This document shows positions 18,300-27,046 of a stretch of 64,000 nucleotides of DNA, piece after piece (the first letter of the stretch is position 1; each line of letters opens with the position of its first letter). The stretch lies in NCBI GenBank assembly GCA_913057725.1, contig CAJXOS010000006.1, positions 11,387-75,386 of the forward strand, written 5' to 3'. The translations under genes were made by a program, and so were the position numbers. The notes beneath the pieces were generated by a model, which saw only the letters and a program-made list of their open reading frames with translations, ran no database searches and had not been told where the DNA came from. The DNA comes from an uncultured Lewinella sp. Lineage in GTDB: Bacteria; Bacteroidota; Bacteroidia; Chitinophagales; Saprospiraceae.

Positions 18300-18566
18300 A
18301 TGGCTAATCGCGATGATATTAAATTCTTAAGCAATCCTAAGATCGGTGGTAAGCGCAAGAAGTACTGCCGTTTCCGCAAATATGGCATCAAGTACATCGA
18401 TTACAAGGATGCTGATTTCCTGCTGTCATTCGTTAACGAGCAGGGTAAAATTTTACCACGCCGTATTACCGGTAACTCATTGAAGTACCAGCGCAAAGTT
18501 TCTGCCGCTATTAAGCGTGCTCGCCACTTGGCGCTACTGCCTTACGTAACGGACTTACTGAAGTAA
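18300..18566 (+). CDS. rpsR: 30S ribosomal protein bS18
   Basis: [35 protein letters not shown]. Confidence 0.97.
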   Translation: MANRDDIKFLSNPKIGGKRKKYCRFRKYGIKYIDYKDADFLLSFVNEQGKILPRRITGNSLKYQRKVSAAIKRARHLALLPYVTDLLK

Positions 18567-18612
18567 GCCTTAGGCAGTGATCATTTATTATCGATTTTAA
18601 AAACGAATTGAC

Positions 18613-19059
18613 ATGGATATCATTCTGTTGCAAGACGTAGAGCACGTCGGATATAAGCACGAGCTGGTGACCGTTAAGGATGGCTATGGCCGCAACTACT
18701 TGATCCCTCAGGGTCTGGCATTGATTGCCAATGGTGCCAATAAAGCTCGTTTGAAAGAACTTCAACGCCGCGAAGAATCAATGGAAGCGAAGCGCCTGGG
18801 TGAATACCAGGAAATGGCTGCTAAGTTGGACGGTCAGGTATTGCGCATTGGCGCGAAGGCTGGTACCAGCGGTAAGATCTTCGGTAGCGTAACCAATATT
18901 CAGGTTGTAAATGCTTTGAAAGAGCAGTTTGACTTGGATATCGAGCGCCGCAAAGTTCAACTTCCAGACAACGTTAAAGAGTTAGGTACCTACAAAATGG
19001 TAGTTGCTCTACACAAGGAAGTTCAACCAGAAGTAACTTTCGAGGTAGTAGCTGAATAA
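18613..19059 (+). CDS. rplI: 50S ribosomal protein bL9
   Basis: VKDGYGRNYLIPQGLA, GKIFGSVT. Confidence 0.97.
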   Translation: MDIILLQDVEHVGYKHELVTVKDGYGRNYLIPQGLALIANGANKARLKELQRREESMEAKRLGEYQEMAAKLDGQVLRIGAKAGTSGKIFGSVTNIQVVNALKEQFDLDIERRKVQLPDNVKELGTYKMVVALHKEVQPEVTFEVVAE

Positions 19060-19085
19060 ACACAGCTGCTTCACCTGAAGCATAC

Positions 19086-19123
19086 AAAAGCCCCATCTGC
19101 TCCTAGAGTGGATGGGGCTTTTT
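19086..19123 (+). terminator. Intrinsic terminator after rplI
   Basis: AAAAGCCCCATC...GATGGGGCTTTT stem plus U tract. Confidence 0.85.
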
Positions 19124-19204
19124 CGTTTAACTTCAATGGGCATTCTAACTGAACTGCTCAATAAATATGGCGTTCAACTAATAACTTGAGGAAAAATATA
19201 GAAT

Positions 19205-19660
19205 ATGACCGTTGAATACTCCTGCCTCTCTTATTCGGATCTCAGCAAAGAACAGCTTTATGCCCTCCTGGCCCTACGCCAAGAAGTCTTCGTGGTCGAG
19301 CAACATTGTCCTTATCTTGATGCTGACGGCCAAGATCAAGTAGCCACACATTTACTTGGACTAACGGAGGACGGTCAATTAGCTACCTACGTACGCTTAC
19401 TGCCTACTGGCACCAGCTATGAAAATCATGCGGCTATTGGTCGTGTCATAACCGCTCCATTTGCTCGAGGCAAAGGCTTAGGGCGCGCCCTAATGCGAGA
19501 AGCAGTTATGCAAGCCCAACAATTATGGCCCGGCACTCCCATAAAGCTTTCTGCGCAAGCTCACCTACAATCCTATTACAGCTCTGTAGGCTTTTCATCT
19601 ATAGGAGATATTTATCTTGAAGATGGCATTCCACACATTGGGATGGTTTATCAAGCTTAA
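19205..19660 (+). CDS. elaA: ElaA-like GNAT acetyltransferase
   Basis: LRQEVFVVEQHCPYLDADG, IGRV, SAQAHLQ, YLEDGIPHIGM. Confidence 0.88.
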   Translation: MTVEYSCLSYSDLSKEQLYALLALRQEVFVVEQHCPYLDADGQDQVATHLLGLTEDGQLATYVRLLPTGTSYENHAAIGRVITAPFARGKGLGRALMREAVMQAQQLWPGTPIKLSAQAHLQSYYSSVGFSSIGDIYLEDGIPHIGMVYQA

Positions 19661-19677
19661 TCCTAAAACAAAAAACC

Positions 19678-20241
19678 ATGCTTGAATACCTAAAACGCGT
19701 TTTGAAAGAGATTATCCCTGTGATCCTGGGGATCTTGATAGCCCTCTTCATAAACAACTGGAAAGAGGAGCAGGCCAACGAAAGGTTCGTAGAAAAAGCC
19801 TTAGTTACGATAGAAACGGAGGTTGAGGAAAACTACAGCTCACTAAGTGAAATACTGCCAAGACACTACGAATTATTAGAGGTCTTGATAGAAGAAGCAG
19901 ATAACGACACGCTGGCGATAGTAGACATCATAACAGCAGCAGGGGGCGTACAACTCCCCACCATCAGAAGTGCTTCCTGGAAGTTTTTTCTCAATAGCAA
20001 GACCGAACTCATTGATTATCCGATCATCTCTGCACTCATTGAAATGGATGAGAGCAAACGAATCATGGATATTAAGTTTGAGCAATTTCTGACCTACGCC
20101 TACCAGTACATGAACGCCGCCGACCGAAAAGGGAAAGAAATGTTCGTGGCCTACTTCTCCAATATGGTAGACAGTGAGGAAACACTACATGAGCTATGTG
20201 AAGCCTATTTATCGAAAGGAGAAGAACAAGTTACCGAATAA
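19678..20241 (+). CDS. Hypothetical membrane-anchored protein (DUF6090-like N-terminus)
   Basis: EIIPVILGILIALFINNW single-TM motif. Confidence 0.7.
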   Translation: MLEYLKRVLKEIIPVILGILIALFINNWKEEQANERFVEKALVTIETEVEENYSSLSEILPRHYELLEVLIEEADNDTLAIVDIITAAGGVQLPTIRSASWKFFLNSKTELIDYPIISALIEMDESKRIMDIKFEQFLTYAYQYMNAADRKGKEMFVAYFSNMVDSEETLHELCEAYLSKGEEQVTE

Positions 20242-20242
20242 C

Positions 20243-20275
20243 AAAAGGCACTCATCCGAAGAAGAGTGCCTCTCT
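20243..20275. terminator. Terminator between convergent genes
   Basis: AGGCACTC/GAGTGCCT stem; the upstream AAAA gives a U tract on the minus strand. Confidence 0.6.
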
Positions 20276-20333
20276 CAAGGTATGCCGGATTTGCACTGGG
20301 TTGTCAGCACAAATGGCAGCGTAATAAACCGGT

Positions 20334-20720
20334 TTATTCTTGCTTGAGTGCTAGTGCTGTAGTGGTTGCACTAGTACTTGTACCCGGCTTGCAGTTTGAG
20401 GGTTGACAGGCGCTGGGATCGCAATTTTTTGGCTCACAAACTCTGACACAGTCAGCTGGTTGGCAGTTCGCTTTCGTAGATGCGGCACTCGTCAGCTTAA
20501 ATAGCGGTAGTGGCTCTACCGTGGCGTTTGCCGCACGTTCAGGAGAAGGTGTAGTAGATACCGCTACAGTAGTGGCTTTCGCCTGACAAGAGGTAGTAGC
20601 AGCCATCTTTTTGGCTTGGCATTGTGCAGGCGTGCAGCTGGTCTTGGCCGCTGTTGTTTGAGCACTAAGTGCTACACCAACAAAGAGAAAGCAGCAGAGC
20701 ATAAAAGAACGTAACATCAT
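20334..20720 (-). CDS. Secreted Cys-rich protein with CxPxxC repeats
   Basis: Signal peptide (…VALSA/Q); CTPAQC, CQPADC, CEPKNCDPSACQPSNC. ATG 20720 preferred over GTG 20738. Confidence 0.75.
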   Translation of the reverse strand: MMLRSFMLCCFLFVGVALSAQTTAAKTSCTPAQCQAKKMAATTSCQAKATTVAVSTTPSPERAANATVEPLPLFKLTSAASTKANCQPADCVRVCEPKNCDPSACQPSNCKPGTSTSATTTALALKQE

Positions 20721-20824
20721 TATAGGTTTTGCTTGCACTCAGTACCGCTGAGCTACCGGAGCGGGCCTGGAGCAGTCGTCTCGGGTGTAAACGACCACTC
20801 CAAGCATGCTGTAAATGGATAAAA

Positions 20825-20896
20825 CAAAGCTAGCCCCAAGTGCCCCTAAAGTGCTGTTTTTGAGCTGTTAGTCACTTGTTAAAAAGCTGTTAATCA
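20825..20896 (-). promoter_or_regulatory. Promoter of the Cys-rich gene with four 11-bp-phased direct repeats (putative OmpR/PhoB-type operator)
   Basis: Minus-strand TAGCTTTG at 20825-32; plus-strand repeats GCTGTTTTTGA GCTGTTAGTCA CTTGTTAAAAA GCTGTTAATCA at 20853-20896. Confidence 0.7.
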
Positions 20897-20955
20897 CCAG
20901 ACAGCATCCGCCGGAAAAGCCTTATTTTGTTGCTATAATCACCCTTTCGTACGGC

Positions 20956-22191
20956 ATGCAACAGCGAACCAGTTCCTATCTAGTAGTGGCTTCAGCCATC
21001 GCCATGGCGGCACTCCTGATCGTACAGGTAATCTGGCTCAGGCATTCACAAAGCCTGATGGAGGAACAATTTCAGACCAATGTTAACACAGCATTGTGTA
21101 GTGCAGTTGCTACGCTCGCCAAGGACGAAAAATGCAGTGAGCCTTTCTCCCAATCCTGCACAATTACAGCAGCAGAGTGCGGCAAGAAACTTGATCAGTT
21201 GATCCAAACAGACCAATTTGCGAAGACGGTCTCTTCATCCTTAGCAGGGTTCAACATTAAGCTACCCTACGAAGCAAAAGTTTGTGCCAAGCCACCAAGC
21301 TATACGCCTACATCGATCGAACTGCCCCCCTATTCCTGTGCGCTTGACCCCATCACGAAAACGGATAGTCACTTTCTCAATCTTGAATTCTCTGAGAAGA
21401 AGAAATACACCCTTGATAAAATGGGGGTTATGACGGGTACTTCCTTCGGTATTCTTCTGATGATCTGCTTACTGTTCTTTTATGCCTCCTACCATCTCTT
21501 GAGGCAACAGAAAATGAGTAATCTAAACCGTGAGTTTTTCAACCACATGGCACACGAGTTTCGTACGCCGCTCACTAACATCAAGCTTGCCAGCAGCCTT
21601 ATGCAGCGCAAAGCCTTGGCTCCCGCTGGACAGCCGCATCTACAGATTATTCAGAATGAGGCCAGCCAACTCATGCAGCAGGTGGAGCAAGTACTGTACT
21701 TGGCTCGTTTAGAAAAGAACGATTATCTCCTAAGTAAGGAAAGCTGTGAGCTGGTCACGCTTTGTAGAGAAACTATCGCCGATATGCATCTACAGGCAGA
21801 CGCCAAACGTGCTTCGATACAGTTTACTCCTACACATACTAGCACTGAATTGCGAGTGGACGCGCTTCACCTCAAGAATTCGTTGCGAAACCTGCTAGAC
21901 AATGCCTTGAAGTACAGTGATGATCAGCCCAACATAAGAGTTGACCTTAAGGAATATGAAGATTATGTGCTACTCGCTGTTCAAGATGATGGACCAGGCT
22001 TATCAGCTGCACAACAGGCTCAAATTTTCACCCCTTTCTATCGGCAAAAAAGTACGCGCGACAACTGCAAAGGCTTTGGGCTAGGCCTTGCTTATGTAAG
22101 ACGGATAGTAGAATTGCACCAAGGGCAAATTCAGGTATTGAGCCAGCCCGGACAGGGGGCTCGTTTTGAAATCACCTTGCCCAAAACTTAA
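20956..22191 (+). CDS. Sensor histidine kinase with Cys-rich periplasmic domain
   Basis: Two TMs, H-box AHEFRTPL, NLLDNALKY, DDGPG, GFGLGL. Confidence 0.93.
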   Translation: MQQRTSSYLVVASAIAMAALLIVQVIWLRHSQSLMEEQFQTNVNTALCSAVATLAKDEKCSEPFSQSCTITAAECGKKLDQLIQTDQFAKTVSSSLAGFNIKLPYEAKVCAKPPSYTPTSIELPPYSCALDPITKTDSHFLNLEFSEKKKYTLDKMGVMTGTSFGILLMICLLFFYASYHLLRQQKMSNLNREFFNHMAHEFRTPLTNIKLASSLMQRKALAPAGQPHLQIIQNEASQLMQQVEQVLYLARLEKNDYLLSKESCELVTLCRETIADMHLQADAKRASIQFTPTHTSTELRVDALHLKNSLRNLLDNALKYSDDQPNIRVDLKEYEDYVLLAVQDDGPGLSAAQQAQIFTPFYRQKSTRDNCKGFGLGLAYVRRIVELHQGQIQVLSQPGQGARFEITLPKT

Positions 22192-22207
22192 ACCACCGAA
22201 CAAACTG

Positions 22208-22915
22208 ATGAACCAACAACGAATCTTACTGGTAGAAGACGATATGAATCTAGGCTTTCTCTTAATGGAATTTCTGGAACTAGAAGGCCTACAGGTAACC
22301 TGGCGCAAGGATGCTCGCTCTGCAATGCAAGAGCTGCAGAAACAACAATTTGACTTGGCTGTACTGGATGTTATGATGCCTGGCATGGATGGATTTAGCT
22401 TGGCAAAGCACATACGTGCAAAGCATCCACAGTTTCCTTTCCTTTTTCTTACCGCACGTCTCCTGAAAGAAGACAAATTACGCGGCTATCAACTAGGTGC
22501 GGAAGATTACCTCACTAAGCCTTTTGATGAGGAAGAGTTACTGTGCAAGATCCGGGTTATCCTACGTCGTGTAGCTCAACAACAACAGAAACCAACACTT
22601 GTACCTGTACGAAAATACCAGATAGGGCGCTATCAATTTGATCCTTCCAGACAAGAGATTTGCCTAAACGAAGAAACCCGTCGATTGACCGAAAAAGAGA
22701 ATGCTATTCTACTGCTCCTTTGCCAGCATCGAAATCGAATCTTGAAGCGTGAGCTAGCCGTTCAGCGTATTTACGGCAAGGATGATTACTTTCTGGGGCG
22801 CAGCTTTGATGTATTTATTAGCCGGCTACGCAAAATTCTTCGAGAGGACCCCGATGTGTCGATCGAAAATGTATTCAAGGTGGGCTTTATTCTAAATGTA
22901 CCGGCGGCGAGTTAA
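22208..22915 (+). CDS. OmpR-family DNA-binding response regulator
   Basis: LLVEDD, DVMMPGMDG, KPF, winged helix RSFDVFISRLRK. ATG 22208 preferred. Confidence 0.93.
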   Translation: MNQQRILLVEDDMNLGFLLMEFLELEGLQVTWRKDARSAMQELQKQQFDLAVLDVMMPGMDGFSLAKHIRAKHPQFPFLFLTARLLKEDKLRGYQLGAEDYLTKPFDEEELLCKIRVILRRVAQQQQKPTLVPVRKYQIGRYQFDPSRQEICLNEETRRLTEKENAILLLLCQHRNRILKRELAVQRIYGKDDYFLGRSFDVFISRLRKILREDPDVSIENVFKVGFILNVPAAS

Positions 22916-23468
22916 TTTCGGCAGCCGCCTCCTGATGCTCTCGATCAATATTTAGTCCGGTAGTTTCCTCTAAGAAGGTATGCAATACCACCATTTCGTC
23001 ATGGCCCTTCTGCTGGCCAAAGTAAGCAACCAGATAAAGTGACAAGAACGCAATTATTAATACCGGCACCAACCAAAGTACCGCACCAGATTTGTCCAGT
23101 GACAGGTTAGCCATACCTATAATGGAGACGATCACCAGCGCAAATCCAATCAGCGAATAAAAGAAAACAAACATCGTCCACACTGCCGGCCGGGGTCCGT
23201 ATAGGCCACGTACCAAACTTCCCTCTTCGAATTCTTCCAGCGTGACGGTAAGCCTGGGTGACCAATAATGTTGTTCCTCCAAGGGTAACTGCAAAGACAC
23301 ATAACCACTGTACACTTTACCCACACAAGGAGCTCCATCTGCGTCCAACCCTACACTGATACGCTCCTCTATATCATCAGTGGTATCAGGTGATGTTACC
23401 TGAAAGCGCGGGCGTATCCGATATGGGGGTAAATGATCTTCTTCTGGCTGGTGTTCTTCTGCCTTCAT
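22887..23468 (-). CDS. Hypothetical 2-TM membrane protein
   Basis: RPRF, HYWSPRL, GLYGPRPAVWT, then two hydrophobic helices. Confidence 0.75.
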   Translation of the reverse strand: MKAEEHQPEEDHLPPYRIRPRFQVTSPDTTDDIEERISVGLDADGAPCVGKVYSGYVSLQLPLEEQHYWSPRLTVTLEEFEEGSLVRGLYGPRPAVWTMFVFFYSLIGFALVIVSIIGMANLSLDKSGAVLWLVPVLIIAFLSLYLVAYFGQQKGHDEMVVLHTFLEETTGLNIDREHQEAAAEINSPPVHLE

Positions 23469-23567
23469 GATGGTTTTAAGATATTTAATCTCCTAAATTA
23501 CAGTAGGTTCCCAAAAGCACTGATGACATTTCTCACCTTCTAAAAAATGATCTTTTTTCGGGAGTGG

Positions 23568-23596
23568 GGAAAAAACAGCCGACTAGTCGAGTCTAA
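23568..23596 (+). promoter_or_regulatory. Putative ECF-type autoregulatory promoter
   Basis: GGAAAA-N17-GTCTAA immediately upstream of the ECF sigma gene. Confidence 0.4.
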
Positions 23597-23620
23597 TAAG
23601 CAAAACAATCCCAAAAGAGA

Positions 23621-24172
23621 TTGGAAGCAAGCCTTCACGATAACCTCCTCATTGAACGTGCTCGCAGCGGCGATCAACGTGCGTTTCGCCAACTGGTAGA
23701 ACGCTACGAGCCCATGGTTAGGAGTATTATTGGAGGCATGTTAGGGCCTTCAGAAGTGGAGGACGTAGCTCAGGATGTGTTTATCAAATTTTATCGGGCC
23801 TTGAATAAGTACGCCGGGAATGCCAAACTCAGCACCTATTTGGGCCGCATAGCGATAAACACCGCCTTAACCGCCGCTGACAAGCGTAAAAAGCGTCCGA
23901 ATGCATTGAGCACTGATCATCAACTGATGATGCATAAAGCAGATCGATCGCAATCGCCAGAGCGTACGGAATTACAGGATGCCCTACAGCAAGCGCTTGG
24001 TCGCTTGTCGGAGGAATACAGAACAGTTGTTGTGCTCCGCTTGGTGCAAGGTTATAGTGTTAGCGAAACAGCAGCCTTACTGCAAGTACCAATGGGAACA
24101 GTGGCATCCCGTCTATCACGGGCTCAAAAAGAGTTACAGCAATACCTGAAACCGATTTTAAACCAAGGATGA
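23621..24172 (+). CDS. ECF RNA polymerase sigma factor (RpoE/SigW-like)
   Basis: GDQRAFRQLVERY, EDVAQDVF, YLGRIAIN, GTVASRLSRA. Confidence 0.92.
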   Translation: MEASLHDNLLIERARSGDQRAFRQLVERYEPMVRSIIGGMLGPSEVEDVAQDVFIKFYRALNKYAGNAKLSTYLGRIAINTALTAADKRKKRPNALSTDHQLMMHKADRSQSPERTELQDALQQALGRLSEEYRTVVVLRLVQGYSVSETAALLQVPMGTVASRLSRAQKELQQYLKPILNQG

Positions 24173-24573
24173 TGAACCGAAACAAATACTCCATAGAAGA
24201 AGCTCGACTCTTGGTCCATCGCTCGCTAGACGAGGTATTTGACCAACAAGAGCAACAGGCATTAGTGGTAGTACTGGCGCAGTTTCCAGAATTAGAAGTA
24301 GAGCGCCAGCAGTTGGAGGAGATGCGTCAGCTATTCTCTCAATTGCAGCAACCGGCCAAACCCGGTTTTGCAGCGCAAGTAGCGAGCTCGGTACTCAGTG
24401 ACCATAGCTGGTATCGACCACTGATCTCTAGCTGGTCGTCCGTAGCGGCAGCAGCATGTGTTGTACTGGCGCTGAGCCTTGGCTTCGTTTACTACAATAG
24501 CGGTACACTTGAGACGGAAGCCCTCCTTGGTTTGGAGGATATTCAGGTCGATGATGTGTACGCTTTTGAATAA
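24169..24573 (+). CDS. Putative anti-sigma factor (single TM)
   Basis: ATGA overlap with the sigma gene; N-terminal helices then a TM segment (VAAAACVVLALSLG). Confidence 0.7.
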   Translation: MMNRNKYSIEEARLLVHRSLDEVFDQQEQQALVVVLAQFPELEVERQQLEEMRQLFSQLQQPAKPGFAAQVASSVLSDHSWYRPLISSWSSVAAAACVVLALSLGFVYYNSGTLETEALLGLEDIQVDDVYAFE

Positions 24574-24575
24574 AA

Positions 24576-24734
24576 GACTTGTTTCGCCAGAGCCTTAAAT
24601 GGCTACAAGCGGCAAATTTTATCCTGCACGTCGTTAAAAAGCCTCGCCGTAGCTAAGGCTATGCCTGCGTTTTTTGCCTCGTTCAGAATAAAATTCACGA
24701 CGCTTTCGCTCATTCATGCCTGACGGAACAAGTC
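24576..24734. repeat. ~160-bp nested palindromic element (MITE/REP-like; core resembles the Flavo-1 motif)
   Basis: Terminal IR GACTTGTTTCGCCAG/CTGACGGAACAAGTC, inner IR AATTTTATCCTG/CAGAATAAAATT, central CGTAGC-TAAG-GCTATG. Confidence 0.65.
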
Positions 24735-24749
24735 CAAAGAATTAAACCT

Positions 24750-25154
24750 ATGCAAAAACTAAAAGTCATACTGGCAGTTGCGGGTCTTTTGCTCATCGGT
24801 TTTATCGGTGGCTTTCTGACCAACCGGCAATTGGTGCAACAACGTGTACATGAATTACGCCAGCTCGGCGAGGGTAAAGGTTTTGGCGAACGCTTTTTAG
24901 AAAGAATCGAAACGGAGCCAGAGCAAGAACTTCACCTTCGTGAAATATTCGAAGAGTACGGGCCGCGATTTCGGGAACTAAATGCTTCCCACAGGTTAGA
25001 ACGGACCCAACTTGCCGACTCCCTATTCCAAGAAGTAACCCCCCTATTGACCGAAGATCAACTCCAGGAGAGCCAACGTTGGCGTCGCATGTTGAGTAGA
25101 TCTCCACATATGAAAAAGAAACGTCGACGACCACACGAGAACCCACATAAATAA
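24750..25154 (+). CDS. Membrane-anchored periplasmic helical protein (heavy-metal sensor/Spy-like)
   Basis: LLLIGFIGGFL anchor; helical domain ending LLTEDQ (LTxxQ motif). Confidence 0.7.
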   Translation: MQKLKVILAVAGLLLIGFIGGFLTNRQLVQQRVHELRQLGEGKGFGERFLERIETEPEQELHLREIFEEYGPRFRELNASHRLERTQLADSLFQEVTPLLTEDQLQESQRWRRMLSRSPHMKKKRRRPHENPHK

Positions 25155-25188
25155 TCCATCTACTTAAATCTTAAACAAGAACAGCATT

Positions 25189-26394
25189 ATGAAAAACAGT
25201 TTTTTGCTCCTGCTCTTTGTGAGCCTGATCAGCATCAGCGCAGTACTGGCTCAGCACCGACAGCATCCGCCACATATGTTAGAGCTTACCGACGAATTAA
25301 AAGCGGAGCTCGCCCTTACACCAGAACAAGTAACAGCAATTGAAAGCCTGCAAGCTAAGACTAAGGCAGCAGCAGAAGCACTTCGCAATAACGAGAATCT
25401 AGAGCGAGAAGATCGTCGTTCTGCTATGCGCGAAATTCATCAAAACACTAAGACTGAGTTGGGGGAGATCCTCAATGAGGAGCAGCTAAGTAAGTTACGT
25501 GATATCCGCAAAGCCAAGCAGGCCGAACATCGTGCACTGCGTGAGTCTGTTGATCGCAAAGCATTACGCCAAGAGCTAAAGGCTTATCGTGAAGCTAACA
25601 TCCAACCCGTGATGGAGGCACAACGCGCTAAACTTGAGGCGGAGCTTAGCCAAGCTGATAAGACAAGCTTAGCAGAATACCGAGCTACGCTGGCCGAAGC
25701 CAAAGAACAAGCGCGTACCGAACGCCAACAAATGCGTGAGCAGCGCAAGGGCGAAAGGGAACGTCCGGAAGCAGGCGAACGCCAGGGACGCCGTCATGGC
25801 CCTCATCATGCCCGCCATCAAAAACGTGATCTACGGGAACAGCATCCTGAGATTTTCGGTGCACTGGAGGAAATGGTTAGCAACTATGACGCTGACATTA
25901 CCCGATTGCTGGAAGAAGTAGCTGATCAAGCAGAGCAATGGGACGCTGACAAAAAAGCGATCATGGAGCGCCACGTACCAGCAGAGTTACACGAAAGGCA
26001 TCAAGGTCGCCGTCAAGGCCGCCAGCCGCATCCTGAGCATGAAGCTAGGAAAGAACTGGGCCGAAAGATCCACTTCCTCCTCATGGAACCACAGAGTGAG
26101 ACTGAACTTGGCGCTGAAGCAGAAGCCATGAATATTGCAGCAGCGGCTTATCCAAATCCAGCGGTAAATGCAACCACCTTAAGTTTTCAGCTAGAAAAAG
26201 AGGCGGTTATCCGCATTGATTTGCGCGATGAGCAAGGTGCTTTGGTTAAAAACATTACCCGTGCCACCTACACAGCGGGCAAAAACCAAGTACAAATTGA
26301 CTTAGGAGACCTCAATAACGGCACCTATTATTTGACGCTAAATAGCCGGACATTCCAGGCTCCACAATCTGTAAAAATCCTGGTGGTGAAGTAA
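25189..26394 (+). CDS. T9SS type A CTD protein with Spy/CpxP-like (LTxxQ) His-rich helical body
   Basis: Signal peptide; ELALTPEQ, ILNEEQ; C-terminal YPNPA...LNNGTYYL...KILVVK. Confidence 0.8.
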   Translation: MKNSFLLLLFVSLISISAVLAQHRQHPPHMLELTDELKAELALTPEQVTAIESLQAKTKAAAEALRNNENLEREDRRSAMREIHQNTKTELGEILNEEQLSKLRDIRKAKQAEHRALRESVDRKALRQELKAYREANIQPVMEAQRAKLEAELSQADKTSLAEYRATLAEAKEQARTERQQMREQRKGERERPEAGERQGRRHGPHHARHQKRDLREQHPEIFGALEEMVSNYDADITRLLEEVADQAEQWDADKKAIMERHVPAELHERHQGRRQGRQPHPEHEARKELGRKIHFLLMEPQSETELGAEAEAMNIAAAAYPNPAVNATTLSFQLEKEAVIRIDLRDEQGALVKNITRATYTAGKNQVQIDLGDLNNGTYYLTLNSRTFQAPQSVKILVVK

Positions 26395-26416
26395 TTTCAT
26401 CGTCTAAATTGATACA

Positions 26417-26455
26417 ACTCGCATGTGATTTCAAGATGAATTGCATGCGGGTTTT
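26417..26455 (+). terminator. Intrinsic terminator
   Basis: ACTCGCATGTGATT/AATTGCATGCGGGT stem plus TTTT. Confidence 0.7.
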
Positions 26456-27046
26456 CTTGTAGAACCGCCCTCATCTAGGGATAATTTACATGTCAGTTTA
26501 ATTTAATGTAAAGCCGTTCCCGAAGTTTTTCACCCCGTTCAATAAACCGCGTACCGCCACACTGGCGCTGCGAAAATTTTTAGCTCATATTCGCGTTTAT
26601 AGAATGACTTTAAAACGGGAGAACTGACAATGTTACATTGTCACTTCCCTTCTGAAATTCACCTTATCAATAGGTGACCCTTTACAAACCCTTCCTGTGA
26701 ACATGTCTTTTTTCCAGCAGTACACTGTACTGTCTGGAGCCCTCAGTTGATTCGCGTAAACACAAACCAAATTTGGCATTGGAAATGACTGTGCTATTAC
26801 CATAGTACAGCCCTTTCCGCTGTGCTCCTTACTCAAGGCGCCGAGTAGTAGCACAACGACGTAAACCACTGTTTACAAAGCACTTGCTTTGTCTGCAGCC
26901 TAGTTTACAGGTACCCTCTTGCAACTATTTAAAAGATCACTATCTGTGCAGCTCACCTGAAGAAAAACAGGAACTATGGATCATGAAGGGGATGTGAAAA
27001 GGAGCTAAAACAAGACTGATCTCAACCCAAAAACAGACTTCTCATC

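Noticed and set aside
17886-18307. Antisense and alternative-frame ORFs over rpsF
   Set aside because: Shadows of the low-complexity coding repeats.
20739-20741. In-frame TGA before the Cys-rich ORF read as selenocysteine
   Set aside because: Readthrough would put about 29 residues in front of a normal signal peptide; no SECIS-like hairpin is evident just 3' of the TGA and no sel genes are in the window.
26633-26869. 78-aa minus-strand ORF in the long intergenic region
   Set aside because: GTG start, no recognisable motif or supporting expression signals; treated as non-coding.
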